From the human T2T-CHM13v2.0 reference genome, Homo sapiens: DNA of 64,000 nt. A program made the translations under genes and the position numbers. The first letter of the stretch is position 1; each line of letters starts with the position of its first letter. Below are positions 17,050 to 53,397 of this stretch, piece by piece. The notes under the pieces were generated by a model that searched no databases, was not told where the DNA came from, and was given only the letters and a program-made list of their open reading frames with translations. The DNA lies in assembly GCF_009914755.1 (NCBI RefSeq), contig NC_060925.1; one strand, 5' to 3'.

Positions 17050-17230
17050 ATTAGTAGATCTTCAGTGTTCTCACCATACAAAAAAGAAAAATTGAGGTGA
17101 TGAATATGTTAATTGGATTGATTGTGATGATTATTTCACAATGAATACATCTACGAGAACAAAGTTGTACACTTTAAATATATAGTATACAATAATTATC
17201 AACTACACCTCAATAAAGCTGGACAAAAAC
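17050..17230 (+). mobile_element. L1 3'-end fragment (L1M)
   Basis: GAGGTGATGAATATGTTAAT...TACACCTCAATAAAGCTGG. Confidence 0.7.
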
Positions 17231-17276
17231 TCAGAAAACTAACAATAACAACAAAGCTTTAAAAAAAATCCTGCAC

Positions 17277-17690
<414 letters not shown>

Positions 17691-17729
17691 TCAAACAATA
17701 TTTATTAGTCCCTGCTGTGTGTGTGTGTT

Positions 17730-17761
<32 letters not shown>

Positions 17762-18047
17762 AAGGCCTGTGCTGAACTAATCTGCCTCACTCCACTGGTG
17801 TCCTTTCTTGCCTCATCCGATACCATACTCATGCTCAGCCACTATAATTACACCCTCGTGTACACCTTTTATTCTTTCATTTAATTCATTGTCTATAGTT
17901 CTGGATAAAGTAAACATCCACCTGCCATACAGGAGCTTCTGTGAAGTTGAGGGAGTGAGACAAGCAAGAATAGAACCTCTTTAAAATGTACAACCAACAA
18001 ACTCAGTGTGCCCTTACTGCTGGAGAGCAATCATTCTGTATTTCCCT

Positions 18048-18937
18048 TATAAACCAAAAATAAAATTCTAAACCCCACAACTGACTGAGCGGACTCCTCC
18101 TTTCAGCCAAGGGGATTTCAAAGAAACCTAAAAATTCTGGTTCAGATCATGATGGGAAGAGGGGGTTGGACAAACCTCATTACACTCTCCTTTCTTCAGA
18201 ATTCAGGCATAACTGAGCAGCAATAACATCAAAAAAGAGATTTTAAGGCTGACGAAACAGACTCTGTAGAAATAAGCTACCAAATTCTAACCTGACTCTA
18301 GTATAGCATCATGACAGACAGCTGACCCTGAAGGAAATGGAAATATTTTACCACAAAATATATTTATTTGTCATATTTAAAATGGCCCTGCAAAGCTGTC
18401 TCTTGTGGGGGAAATCTACATTCTGCGGAGAATCCCTTTCCCTCTCCAGGCCTTTGTCTGATCCTCAAGAGATTAGCTGAAAGTCTAGCACCTTTTAAAG
18501 GTCTCAATAGAACATTTTTCCCATCTGCTGCTTCTCAGGCTGGCAACTTATGAGACTTCATCTACATCATAAGAACCTTGGTTTCCCCAACCCCCTTATC
18601 TTAACCCAGATTCTCCTTTCTATTGATTCCAGGTCTTCAGACAATAACTTAATTCTTTCAACCAGTTGCCAATCAAAAAGTCTTTGCATCCACGTATGAC
18701 TGTAACCTTCCCCCATTCTTGGAGCTGTCCTGCCTTTCCAGACCAAACCAACGCATAGCTCACACGTACTGATTGATGTCTTATGTCTCCCTAAAATGGA
18801 TAAAGTCAAGCTGTAACACAACCACCTTAAGCACATATTCTCAGGACCTCCTGGGACTGTCACAGATCATGGTCTTTAAATTTGGCTCAGAATAAACCTC
18901 TTCAAATATTTGTTACAGACTTTGGTTTTTATCAATA
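18048..18937 (+). mobile_element. ERV1 solo LTR (MER4-group-like)
   Basis: Starts T.TAAACCAAAAATAAAATTCTAA; ends TGGCTCAGAATAAACCTCTTCAAATATT...TCAA.A. Confidence 0.7.
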
Positions 18938-19240
18938 CCCATATCTATTCACTCTTCCAATCTCCTAAGTGACTATTTCACTTATGCTGCTCTCTTTTCG
19001 AACGTCTAGCACATCCCTGTTGCTCTGTACCCTCAGTAAGAGACTTATTTCACTGGAAGATCCTGAAATCCTTCAGTGGAAGTATCCACAAGCTCAGGCC
19101 ACTAAATTCTGCCATCGACTACCTTTTGTTCCTGTGCACCTACTCCCTACACTTCCTCTGAGTAAACTATCTGTGTCCAAGTCTAAGGCAAATCCTTCCA
19201 CCTGGGCATTAGGCGCCATAACCTCCTACACACTGGAAAG

Positions 19241-19810
19241 GTATTGCAGGTGACGGAGGCAAAACTATTCCTATCCAAAAGACTCAGGAGTGTTGAGCTG
19301 AAGAAGACGAACACACAGGGGACCTGGCCCTTCCTCTGCTTTCCTGAAGGCAGGACCAAGATTTACAAAGACAAAGGTCTTCCTGCCTCCCCTCTGCCTC
19401 TTCCCACCTGAAGACAGTCTCCTTTATAATGCTTGCTTCTCAGCTCAGACAGCAACGCCAGGGATCTCGGAACAGACTACTCTTCCTGTAAATTTTCCTT
19501 CCCAAATGTCTTGCTTTTGGGAAGCCTGAAGATGCCGTTTTTTTTGTTTTGTCACCGTAGAGGATGTATGGCTCCTTGCTAAGATACTATTTCAGCAAGG
19601 CCTCAAAGCCACTGCTTCCAAACCGTCGCAACAATCTAGGTGAGCCGTTTTCCTGAGAGAGCTGCTTTCTTTCTTGTGGATGGGCATGACATGCATAAAT
19701 AAACATGCTTGTTTTTCTCTTGGTGATCTGCGTTTTGCTCATGAAAATCTGTCCTAGCAGTGAATTTAATGAAAGTCGAGAAGAGAAATTCTTTTTTTCT
19801 CTCCTTCACT
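19241..19810 (+). mobile_element. ERV1-type LTR remnant (MER34/MER39-like)
   Basis: AATAAACATGCTTGTTTTTCTCTTGGTGATCTG LTR-type 3' region; subfamily uncertain. Confidence 0.5.
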
Positions 19811-20149
19811 GGGTATTCTCAGCTTCATGCCTGAATCACCCATGGTGCCCTTTCTGCCAAAGCATTTCCTCAGCATGTCAATGGGCTGGATTTCTCTCCC
19901 CCACTTTAAAAAGACAAAACAGAGAAGAATGTCTAGAGGCTTTGCTGTTCTCTGAATACTACCTGCACTTTTCTGCTCCCTTTTCCCGATGCTTTCCCTT
20001 CTGGAGGGCACTGTCCCTCCCTGCTGCTCCTCGTCCTCTGCCTTCTTGCTCGCTGGAATGCACTATGATCAGGATGTTTTTCTTGCCACTGCCCCAGACG
20101 GCGCAGCTGTGCTGGCATTGCCCTCCAACCACCCATCGCATTCCCGATC

Positions 20150-20790
20150 CTCTTCATCTGTGGCATCATCGCACCATTGATCCCTCCCTCTTCCTGGATC
20201 CACTGGTCACTTAATATCCACAACTACATACTCTCTTAGATCAGCGACAGCCCTGGTTTTTCACACTTGTACAGGGCTTCGTGTCTTTCAATCTACCTTC
20301 ATTTCCTTCACAGTTTCAGGCAGTCTCTTGACTTGAATGCTGTCACTTTGCTCTCAGCCCTCAAATTTATGTCTCAAGCTTGAACAGAAGCGTCCTGTAA
20401 AAACTGCCCTATGTGAAATGCTCACTCATGACTAGTCAGCATTTGCAATTTAACGAGACCTAACTTAGCTGACCAGCACTCCTGACTACCCCAGCCTCCC
20501 TCAGTGCAGCCTTCCCATCTCCATCCTCCCACTTGCTCAGACCAGAAACTCTGAATTTGACTCTTGTTCCTTTCAAACCCAATGTCCAATTTTTCAGCAA
20601 AATTGACTGGCTCCACCTGAAAATGTATTCAGAACTGATCTGATCACCATTTACGACCACCATCGCTTGCTGCCTGGAAAAGGCACCACTATCTCTTATC
20701 TAGATTGTTGCAATAGTTTCGTTAAAGCACCTCCACGTCCAGCCTGCCCCACTCAAGAAAGCAGTCAAAGAGAATATTTTAAAACACGGG
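20150..20790 (+). mobile_element. L2 fragment
   Basis: CCTTCCCATCTC...CTTGCTCAGACCAGAAAC...AATGTATTCAGAA, L2-like. Confidence 0.6.
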
Positions 20791-21628
20791 AGAGTTTTTG
20801 CAGTGAACACAGATGTACTGTGAATTGTTCCTGAAAAGGAAGAAAACATTGTGACCAGACAATCCACATATTCACCTCTGCAGTTTCCGCTTTGTCAGAA
20901 TCGACGTTCTGTTGACTTGCTGTTTCTGTTCTTCATGTCTGTTGCAATTCACTATTTCTGCTCTGTTCTACGTTCTCCTCTCATTCTTGGCCAAGTCACT
21001 GGGAATATTATTTTCATGTAGCCAGGAAATAATTATATCAAGAGAAAATAATATCTTAACATTATTGCACATGCTAAAAAGAGTATAATACTGAATGTGT
21101 CATATATATTGAACTATATAGTACTTGATTTCTTCAATAAAGCTTAAGAAACAAAAACAAAAAACCAACCAACCAACAAACAAAAACAAAGCCTTGACAG
21201 GTTACCCAGCCCTGCTTGTTCTCTCCTCCCACAGCCTCACCAAACTCTTAGTCTACTTTCTTCTTGGTCCGTTCTGCACCCAGTGCTTCCGCCTCCTTTG
21301 TATTCTTCAAGTTACCTGAAACGTGCCTCGTTTTCTCCTTAGCATGTTTAGTTCCCTGCAACGTTGTCATTGAACAGCTTTGTATGGCTCATTTCTCATG
21401 TCCTTCCAGTCTGCTCAGATAACACCTTCTTCTTTAGGCCTGATCTAACTACTCTTCTGCCATTCTCAGAATTTATAAGAGTCAAGATAAAAGTGTTAAG
21501 TATATGTTGGTTTGAAGGCAAAATATTCCAGCAGTTCTGGCTTGAAAACACTGAACGAAAACTAAGAGATGTGAGAAAATTGTTATTTGATCCACATAGA
21601 TTGATTTATTCACATAGATTATTTATTC

Positions 21629-21911
21629 AGCCGGGCACGGTGGCTCACGCCTGTAACCCCAGCACTTTGGGAGGCCGAGGCGGGTGGATCACTTGAGGTC
21701 AGGAATTCAAGACAAGCTTGGTCAAAATGGTAAAACCCTGTCTCTACTAAAAATACCAAATTTAGCCAGGCGTGGTAGGGGGCACCTGTAGTCCTAGCTA
21801 CTCAGGAGGCTGAGGCAGAAGAATCACTTGAACACAGGAGGCGGAGGCTGCAATGAGCCGAGATCGCGCCACTGCACTCCAGCCTGGGTGATAGAGCGAG
21901 ACTCCGTTTCA

Positions 21912-21955
<44 letters not shown>
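21629..21955 (+). mobile_element. Alu with (AAT)n tail
   Basis: Alu consensus followed by an AAT microsatellite. Confidence 0.9.
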
Positions 21956-21958
<3 letters not shown>

Positions 21959-22311
21959 CTCTTGGTAAAACAACAATGCTTTCTTGGAAAATGGTTCCTT
22001 TTTGCTTTGGCTTTCACTTAGTATTTTATAAGAATATGACCATGGTATTCAATTTAAAATGAACATCCACAGAAAAATAAGTTAAACATGGAGCGCAATG
22101 AGGGTCTCCTTGATGAGACCACAGTGAAAACAAAACAGCCCTTTATTACAATAGGCTAAGTTTACAGGACACTGGGCTCAGATCCTAGTTTTCTAAAGTA
22201 CCTCCCACAATTCATATCCAAATGCACAAGGAAAATGAACTGTTGTATAATCATCGCTTCATGGTTAAATCCTTTCAGTAATGAAGAGCTCACCACCTTT
22301 TGAAATACTGA

Positions 22312-22595
22312 TTTTTTTTTTTTAAGAGACAAGGTCTTGCTTCGTTGCCCTGGCTGGAGTGCAGTGGCACAATCATAGCTCACTGTAATCTCAAACTTAT
22401 AGGCTCAAGTGTCCTCCTGCCAGGGTGGCTAGGACCACAGGTGTGTGCCACCATGACTGGTTAATTATATATCCACATATTTTTTGTAGAGGTAGAGGTC
22501 ATGCTATATTGCCCAGGCTGGCCCTTAACTCCTGGCTCCAGTGATCCTCCTGCCTTGGCCTCCCAAAGTGCTAGGATTACAGGTGCTCTGGGCCT
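22312..22595 (-). mobile_element. Alu (AluJ-like)
   Basis: Diverged antisense Alu; AAATACTGA on both flanks. Confidence 0.85.
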
Positions 22596-22757
22596 GATTA
22601 CTTAAATACTGACTATTTCCAAGTGCTAGAATTACTTTAATTACATTGAGCTGGAAAAAAAAAATGCTTCCCAAAAGACTGGGTTGGCTTTAGCTCTAGG
22701 GCAACAAGGGTAACCTCAGATTTAACTTTGTAGCTTTCTTTGAAATAAAAATAATTA

Positions 22758-23168
<411 letters not shown>

Positions 23169-24098
23169 TTATAATTTAGGCAAGATCATTTACTGTTTCC
23201 ATAAAGATAGAGAATCTGCAAAGGCTAAAATTGCCTTGATAATGATGAATAATTTATTGAAGTCGATGTATTTTTAGAATCTAACATACACAATCAAAAC
23301 AAGGACATTTATGTTATTTGACAGTAAAATACACACCACGTTGATTTTCTTCTTCTCTGCATGAACTCCCCCTACCTGTCTGTTTTCCCGGCGTCCAGAG
23401 CGCTAAATGGCCCCTGCTCTAGGTAATGTCTACCGTGCCCTCCTGTAACCCAAACTCTTACTGTGCTTTCATTGTGAGATCTGAAATTTGCCATCTTCTG
23501 CCGGTGTCTGACACTGGGTAAAGCCAACTTCTCCTTTCAATAGCCTTGGGTTTCTTGGGGACCTGGCCCTTCTGAGAAACTTGTTCCCCAGATATTATTC
23601 TATAATTTGACAATCAAGTCAGAAAACAATCAAATCAACCTTTTGAGATTCAACTCTGCCCACTGGGGCTTAGATGATGATAAAATATTTGAGACACATG
23701 GACACATGCAATTCTTCCATTCTTTTTGAAAAGGATTTATTTTTTTAATTTAACTTAAGATAGGTCCCAAAAATGTTGAACTAAAATCTGAATCAAACAA
23801 ATGGAGATTTCTCTAAAATCCAGCAAGCAGACACTGAGTGGGTGAGTGAGCCATTCTGACTGAAAACATAACAGGTGCTTTTTGCTGAATGGCATTTCCT
23901 CTGCATACCTTAATTACAGACGTGGCTAAATGGAAAAAATTATGACCACAAATTAATTAATTCATTCAATTAAAGCAATCTGTAGCAAAGATCATTCTAA
24001 ATTTAAATCTGTCAATTTAACAAAGAAAATGCAATATATAAATTGGTCTGAGAGGCTATTAGGCTTGAGTTTTAGAAGAGAAGTTAAAAAATAAAATA

Positions 24099-24393
24099 TT
24101 TTCTTTTTTTTTTTTGAGATGAAGTCTCGCTCTGTCGCCCAGGCTGGAGTACAGTGGCATGATCTCAGCTCACTGCAACCTCTGCCTCCCGGGTTCAATT
24201 CTCCTGCCTCAGCCTCCTGAGTAGCTGGGATTACAGGCATGCGCCACCATGCCCAGCTAATTTTTTTGTATTTTCAGTAGAGATGGGGTTTCTCTATATT
24301 GGCCAGGCTGGTCTCGAACTCCTGACCTTGTGATCCTCCTGCCTCGGCCTCTCAAAGTGCTGGGATTACAGGCATGAGCCACCACTCCCGGCC
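24099..24393 (-). mobile_element. Alu
   Basis: Antisense Alu. Confidence 0.9.
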
Positions 24394-25156
24394 TAAAAAA
24401 GAAAAGATTTTCAACCCATTCGTAATATAGCAGGATTTTTTTTTAATTCCAGTGTATAGAAGTCTAATTAAGAAGAGCAAATTTATTAATATTTCTAGTT
24501 AAATTTATATATTTTAGTCTAAGAGAAAATATTAAAACGTTGAATAAATAAATGTATAAAAACAAAAAATCACATATTTTGTTTGGTTATTTATGATTCA
24601 TTTATTCAACAAATACCTACCATGTGCCTGCAGTTCATTCAGGCATTATGATACAACAGTGAATCACACCATGTTATAGTCTGACAGGATTTATGATCTA
24701 TTGATGTTTGATTTAACCAATATGCATTTTTTCAAGACAATATGATTCATATGTACAGTTTTTAGAAAATTTGGAGGAGGAAAGACAGTGCAGAAAAAAG
24801 TACATCTTTTTAAATAGTCATAGAACTGTCTTTCAGAGTTACAAACCTAATGTCTTGCCTTCCAAACTCTTTGTGTCCCACATATGGGGTAGAACAACTG
24901 GGTTACTACTTATACAGCCTGTATCTTGGCTTTCTTTGCAGCAAATTTTATATAGCCTGAATCTTGGCTATTTTGCAGCTACTTTTCCAGTTAATTCCTA
25001 ACATAGCTCTTTTCTCCTCCTGCTAAATTAAAGGAAAAAAATGAATAAAGCACCCTTTATGGATTGTATAACAGTCCATTGTTTGGGGTGGTCTTTTCAT
25101 AGCTTATCACAAATCTAGCTCTTGTAATATCTGCATGTTTGCAGAGACAGGCATGA

Positions 25157-25471
<315 letters not shown>

Positions 25472-27389
25472 AAATAACAAAACTTCTGTGCTCATCAGCA
25501 ACAGCTGAGAAAATGGAGATAAAAGGGTGCTCAGGCCTGCAAAACCATCAAGGCTTAGACTCGAGAGAGCACCCGGCAAAGGGTACCTGGAACATCAGCC
25601 ATGTACACAACCATAACCAGAAGGTGTTAGGCCCTCAATGTCCAAGGACAATCTTGGGCAAGATGGTTGTTTTTAACTTAGAACAACTCTTTGGAATCCA
25701 ATAATTGAATAAAACTGGTGAGTTAATTGAAACAACCAGCCACAAAAGGTAAATATCCAATCTAGAAATCAACAATTATTCCTTCTCAGTCAGCCACATC
25801 TTAAAGTTCTCAGATAATCTGTTGTTATCTTCACAAACCTCCTGGCACCTAATTGGGGAGAAAGTCCTCACTTCCGTATATCTCCAGGTAAAACACACAA
25901 TGGAAATAAGGAAACTTCAGAAGAATTAGCCCTGCAGACAATTAAACAAAAAATATGTCCCCAAAGATTTGCATTTGCTTTTCTTTCTTCCATGTGGATT
26001 AATTGATTGGGAAGCCAAGGGTTTGGATGAGCATTTGTTGAGTGTGTATTAGATTCCAGACACTCCATGTATGATGCTTTATATAAGCCTTATAAAAGGA
26101 CCCTTTTCGTCGCAGAAGGCATAGGCAGAAAGACTTACATAACGCACCAGGGCCAGAGGAAGGGTGCATTAGGGCACTATTGTCTGAAGGCAGGTCAGCT
26201 GCAGCTTCATTGTCTGAATTTCAGTTTAATGCACTGCTTTCAAGACAGTTACGGAAATTGCGGGGATTGTATTAGTGGAATCTAGTTCAAAGGGCATCTA
26301 AGGAAACGTGTAAATATTAGTTATGGGAATGATGCAAAGTTTCTGGTTCTGCTAAGTAATTCAGGAGCTAGTAAGAGGGACAAATGAGGGAGAGACCTGA
26401 TACACGAATTGAAGAGAACTTCTACTGCCGAGTGGTGGACAAGGTCAGAGGGAGAGGGAGTTGACAAGGAAAGCCGTTCCGCAAGGGCCCTGGGAGAGTG
26501 TTGGAGATGGAGCCATGTGGATTGGTACTTCTTATCAGCATTTTCATCTAGGAAGATTTGTTCCTGCTTTTCTTCCTACCCTGCCATCAATTAATCAAAT
26601 ATATATGCTTCTTATCTTTCTTTAAATCTTATATAAAGCAGGAGAAAATACTCTTTTATAACTCATGGCATTTTGTCTTCTTGTGCTATGGAGTGTGTTT
26701 GCGGAAGATTCTTGAATTCACAGACATTCTTAACACATGTCATATAACTATGAAGAGCCAATACGTATTTTTTGTATCAAACTGATTTACACAATAGGAT
26801 TTACACAAACGGATTTAACACAATATGGAACACTGGATCCATATTAGCCCATTCATTGCAGATTCATTGCGGAAGTCTGTATATCTGGAAAAATGCCTCA
26901 GTGCCTTTCTCCTCCTCATTTTACACAGAATAGAGATAGCAAGGGGGTGTTGAGGGATCACTTCAAACTCATTGGAGAGCTTTTGTGGGCTTTCCTTGGA
27001 GAAGTGGCTAGAGAGGCCTACTATGGGTGTTTGTGCATTTATCAGCTGGAACAATGCGATCTATGCAAATACAGTTGGATCTGGGCTGCCTCCAAAGGCT
27101 ATCAGAAAACCCCACAACTTTGCTGTCCCATTCCAACCACCCCAGCCACCCTAGAGCATCATTCGGACAGACAAAGCCTCTAATTCACAGTAATCCACAG
27201 GATGTCAATGCTGGCAACCACTGGGAAAGAGAAAAGTAGGGTCTATATACCACATCCAGTGGTGATAATTGTGAGTGTCATTGATATCCATTGCCTACCA
27301 ATAAAGACTAAACTGTTTGGCATAGCATACAAAATTAGCCATGATCTCTTTCCCTGCATTGCCACCTGAGTGGGAGCCACATCCAGCCA

Positions 27390-27626
<237 letters not shown>

Positions 27627-27650
27627 TTAAAGCCAGAAGCAGGGAGGAAA

Positions 27651-27662
27651 TGCTGAGTCAGC
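27651..27662 (+). promoter_or_regulatory. NF-E2/MAF recognition element (T-MARE) motif
   Basis: TGCTGAGTCAGC, 4.4 kb upstream of the TRIM58 ATG; motif match only. Confidence 0.45.
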
Positions 27663-27709
27663 GGCTGCTAGTCTTGAGGGCTGTGCTTTTATTTTTGGCA
27701 TTGTGAATT

Positions 27710-27738
27710 TGCCAACCCAATAGTCCTATAGACACACA

Positions 27739-27780
<42 letters not shown>

Positions 27781-28205
27781 ATTTGACCCTTCTGGTCTTA
27801 GAGCTTGAAACTTACTTTTGTTTTATCTGAGTTCCTTCCTCAGGAAAGGACCACCAGCCCTCTTGAAAAGTAAAGTAACAAAGAACTGAAACTTACCGGA
27901 TCACCCCAGGTCATCTCAACCAGTTAATGAGATGCCAGTCCAGTCCGCTTATTCAACATGATTGCTTTGCTTCCTTACCCCTCCCTAGTTCCTCTTTTTC
28001 CACACAGTGTTCTATTTCTTCCCTGCCTCTATATAAGCCTCTAATTTTAGTCAGTCAGGGAGATGGATTTGAAACTGAGCTCCTATCTCCTCTGCTGCAG
28101 CACCTGATTAAAAGCTTCTTCTTTGGCAATAATCGTTGTCTCAGTGATTGGCTTTCTGTGTGGAGAGCAGCAGGACCTAGACCGAACTCCTGGTTTTTGG
28201 TAACA
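27710..28205 (+). mobile_element. ERV1 solo LTR (LTR26-like) with internal (CA)n(GA)n
   Basis: TG...CA termini with 4-bp TSD AATT at 27706-27709 and 28206-28209; TATATAA and ATTAAA inside. Confidence 0.75.
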
Positions 28206-29441
28206 AATTGGGCTGATTTGGGGGCTATGGAGCTAGGAGATTGTGAATCCCCAAAGCTGAGGCAAAGGGTTTGACCATGGAGAGCTGAGAAACTCCGTGA
28301 AAAGGGTTCAAAGTAGGGAAGAAAATATTGCTGTCCTGAAGAAATGGTTTCAGGAGCCCAAAGCCATGATACCAAAGAAATTACAAAAAAGAGCAGGGAG
28401 GAATAATGGTCAGATGACGGCAGATCCCATATTTTAAAGATGTCACAGAAGGCAGGACACAACTGAAGAGGAATATTAGAGAAGGAGGATGGTTGCAGGT
28501 GGTATTAGCTAAAAGATTTGCAACTCTGCAACCTGTAAATGAGTCACAGGGTGGAGTTAGCCTATAAATTAAGGAGTGGGGTGCATTAGAATTTGGTCGT
28601 ATTGGCATAAACCAAGAGGTGCTTTATTTACGCCAAAAGAAAGCTCATGAGAAAATACAAATTTAAGTTAGAGTATTCCCATTAAACCAGAAACTGCCTG
28701 GCGAGGCACTCCACATAGCATTTGTAAATACAATGACATCTGGATATAATCCAGTCCACAACTTACCTGCATGGACGTGCTGTAAGGGAAATGTGTGTTT
28801 CTAAGAACAATGGTACCGATGTCATTCCTAGTCAACCAGTGTCAGAGACAAAACAGTTTAAGCTCAGCAACTCTAGGACCAGCAGGGGAAGAAGTGAGCT
28901 CGCCCACTCCGTCACACCCTACTGAAAACCACAGTGACCCCCAACGTCAGAAGCCAGGGGCCTTTCCTTAGGATCACAGGCACTAGGAAATCTGAATTTA
29001 AGTGAGCCTAGTTATCAACTGGCCCATATATTTGAGTAAATGGATTGTTTTACTGTGTCTCGTTATGCCTGCAAAATAGAAAAATGCTCCAGCATCTGCC
29101 AGAGTTATGGAGAGCCAGGGCAAGATCATATATGTAAAATGCAGAAAAACATGGATTTGACATTTGACATAATATAATCATCTTTGAACTTCCCTCTTTC
29201 ATTAGCTCCTATGATAAACTGTCCTAATTCTGTTCATTTACTTATTAACTTGTTTAATCAGTTAGTATGTGTGGAGTGTCCATTTGTGCCAGTTACTCTT
29301 CAAGGTCCTGGGGATAGATAGAGCAGTGAACAAAATAGAAAAAAATCTCTCTTCCTAATGTAGCTTACCTTTTGACTCACCATCCTTCCATTCACTTCAC
29401 TATTTCATTTCCTTTTCTTCAATTAAATATATTTGCTACAT

Positions 29442-29731
29442 GGCCGGGCGAGGTGGCTCACACTTGTAATCCCAGCACTTTGGGAGGCCAAGGTGGGGAG
29501 ATTGTTTGAACCCAGGAGTTTGAGACCAGCCTGGGCAACAGGGCGAAACTCTGTCTCTACAAAAAATACAAAAATTAGCTGGGCGTGGTGGCGGGCACCT
29601 GTAGTCGCAGGTACTTGGGAGGCTGAGGTGAGAAGATCACTTGAGCCTGAAAGGTAGAGGCTACAGTGAGTCAGGTTGTGGCACTACACTATAGCCTGGG
29701 CAGCAGAGCAAGACCCTGTCTCAATATATAT

Positions 29732-29773
<42 letters not shown>
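29442..29773 (+). mobile_element. Alu (AluJ-like) with (TG)n tail
   Basis: Alu consensus followed by a TG microsatellite. Confidence 0.85.
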
Positions 29774-29775
<2 letters not shown>

Positions 29776-31364
29776 TTCCAACATGCCAGGACCTATATTA
29801 AGTGTCTACTATCTATTAGCTCGTTTAATACTCTGAAAGGCCTTATATGAATGACACTAACACCTCTTCACTGCACGTCAGAAGAAATGCAGGGCAGAAA
29901 CGCGGCACAGCTTGCCTCAAGCTTCTCAGCAAGTGCCACAGCCCTTAGTCCGGAGCCAGAGTCTGTTTTTCTTTGCTAAGCCTTCTGCTCTTTAGCTTTT
30001 TTCTCTAATGCCACATCTTTCGTGTTTTGCTAATACAGATCCATGTGTGTTCTCCAAGAATCTATTCGCTTTAATTGCGCACTTAACCTTTAGGCCTCAA
30101 GATCCTCTGCTCTGCCTGTCGCCAGAGATCCAGCCCAAGAGTTTGTCCTTATAATGAAGACCCACAAACCCCAGAGGATCCCCAAGGACCTGAGTCATCT
30201 GGCCCCGCCTCTTGCTGCAGCCTTATCTGCTGCCACCATATTCTGGCCCAGCTTGCCAGCCTGCCTGGCTTCTCACTGTCATCTGGGTATGTCTTGCTCC
30301 CACCTGCTGAAGTTTACCTTGTACCTTTCATGGCTTCTGGGGGCACGGCCTTGCGGAGCCCCCCTTCCCGCTGGCCAGCTTGTGTTCACCTATCAGAGGT
30401 TTGCTCAGAGACCTCAGGTGTCTGCCCCCGACCCTGCAGCCTCATTCAGAGTCCTCTGTTATATTCCTGCAGGACTGGTGAGCGACCTTCCTTGCAGTTA
30501 TTGGTTTGTAATTATATGTTTGCATGATTTCATATCCACCTCTTCTAGTTGATCTTAAGGCTCCTGGAGAAATGGGGTCCCACCTCTTTTCCTTAACATG
30601 TGTATTTTCAGTACCCGGTGCAATGTCTGAGACTCCTGGCTACAAACAGACACAATGTGTGCTCAGGGACAGATTGATTTGCCACAGGTACACCCCACCA
30701 TCACTTCAAACTCGACCATACTAAAGTTATTTTGCACAGATGCAGACACTGCCTCAGACTTGTCGACTTTCTGGACGACATTAGAGACTTTAATGTACTT
30801 TATCCTGATTCAGCCTTCCACTGGATGAAGTAACATACTCTGTCAAATCATTTTGCTCCTGTCTCAGCCTCCCCCATCTGACAGGTACACCACTGAGAGG
30901 CTAAGCTTGAATTATTCCTCTGATGAGTATCTCTATAGCTTTGTCATCTCCAAGACTGGCTTTGCAACAATCCTACAACATGTGTGTATTCCTTGTAGGA
31001 TCCTCATTGAACTAGGCCAGATATTTATTTAAATATTTAGAATTATTTTTGGCTGGGCTGTAAACCTATAGTTACACACACCTATGCAGGCATCTTCCCG
31101 TGTCAGGCGGTGTCTCATTTCTTTATCAAGAGGTAATTAGTGCAAGAGAAAAAAATGAAGTTTGAAAAAAACATTTAAAAATTGATTATGCCATATAAAG
31201 GGGGAAAGCCTTTTAAGAAACGATTATGGCATGAGAGGACCATGGAGTAGCTCAGTAACAATGGAAGGGGCTCGGAGGGTGGAAGGCGGGCGAGGGATGA
31301 GAGATCACCTAATGAGAACAATTTACGCTATCACAGCAATGCCTGCGCTAAAGCCTAGACTTTA

Positions 31365-31787
<423 letters not shown>

Positions 31788-32078
31788 CTACTGCCAGTGA
31801 AAATAGCATATGAGGAGGGATTCCAGTTAGAAATGCCCAGTTTCCTGGGTGTGTGTGTGACGGGGGCGGGGAACCACAACGTTAATTTTATCCCCGACAT
31901 AGGGAGCGCCTGAGTGGTGGCTTTTCACCGGGTGTGGCTCGTCTGAGCTCTTGAACTGAAGCCAGCGGACACCACCCATCGGCGCCTGCTTTCCTGGGGC
32001 GTGGGCTCCTCCCCCTGTGCAGACCGCGAGGGGAGACGGTGCGGGCGGCCGGGAGCGCAGCCCTCCGGGAGGCGGGTC

Positions 32079-52298
<20,220 letters not shown>

Positions 52299-53098
52299 AA
52301 TTCTGTTCCCAAGATGCAGTCCTAGCGTAGCGAACGTTCCTGGAGTGGGGTGAAGGATATCAATATACTAAGTTTTAACAGATACCCCATTTAGGTCAGC
52401 ACTTGATTCGTTGTTGCTGTGAAATATGTCCATGGGACAAAAGAGGGAATATGAAATATTTGCATATGGGAAGATTATAGAGCATAATAATTTTGTAAAT
52501 GGAGCAATCTCAACCTCTATTTCTAGATCACATTTTCTTGATGTCTTCCTTCAAATTAATGACCTTGGATTACATAAGGATTTCTATGCATTCATTATAA
52601 TTTGTTATTCCTTTCAATATCCTTGTATTTCAAATCTTCCATATAAGAATTAGACATGGCAATTCTTAAATTGATTCAGAATGGTCTGATACTATTCCAG
52701 TATCACCTCCTTAATTCTGTTTCTCCTCGTTTTCCTGATTTTCCTTCTCATTCTCTCCTTCCCCGCTCTGTCTCTCTCTCCCTGTCACTCTCTCTCTCTC
52801 GTTCCTTATTTTTTGTTTCTTACCTCTTACTGTTTAACCTGTTGCTTCCTTCTGGATTAATACATTTAGAGCCATTCCTTTATATGGTCACATTTCCTAT
52901 GACTTTACTCAATTACTTTTAAAATCCTTTCTATTCTGAGACTAATTTTTAAGAATTACAAAGCTCATTCTTCTGAATCTAATATCACTAACTCCTAGAC
53001 TTTTTCCGTTTTCTTTGGATACACTTTAAGTAGGAATTTATCAGAATTTTCATTCAACTCGTTCTTTAATGCAGATATTTACTAGTTATAAGACCTTA

Positions 53099-53397
53099 AG
53101 GCTGGGTGCAGTGGCTCACGCCTGTAATCCCAGCACTTTGGGAGGCTGAGGCGGGTGGATCACAAGCTCAGGAGTTCAAGACCAGCCTGGCCAACATGGT
53201 GAAACCCTGTCTCTACTAAAAAAAAAAAAAAAATAGAAAAATTAGCTGGGCATGGTGGCAGGAGCCTGTAATCCCAGCTATTCTGGAGGTGGAGACAGGA
53301 GAATTGCTTGAACCCTGGAGGCGGAGGTTGCAGTGAGCCAATATCTCACCACTGTACTCCAGCCCAGTGCGAGACTCCATCTCAAAAAAGAAAAAAG
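53099..53397 (+). mobile_element. Alu in putative TRIM58 3' UTR
   Basis: Alu consensus. Confidence 0.9.

Noticed and set aside
19705-20223. 169-aa ORF and overlapping ORFs
   Set aside because: Overlap LTR/L2 remnants; no recognisable domain or splice context.
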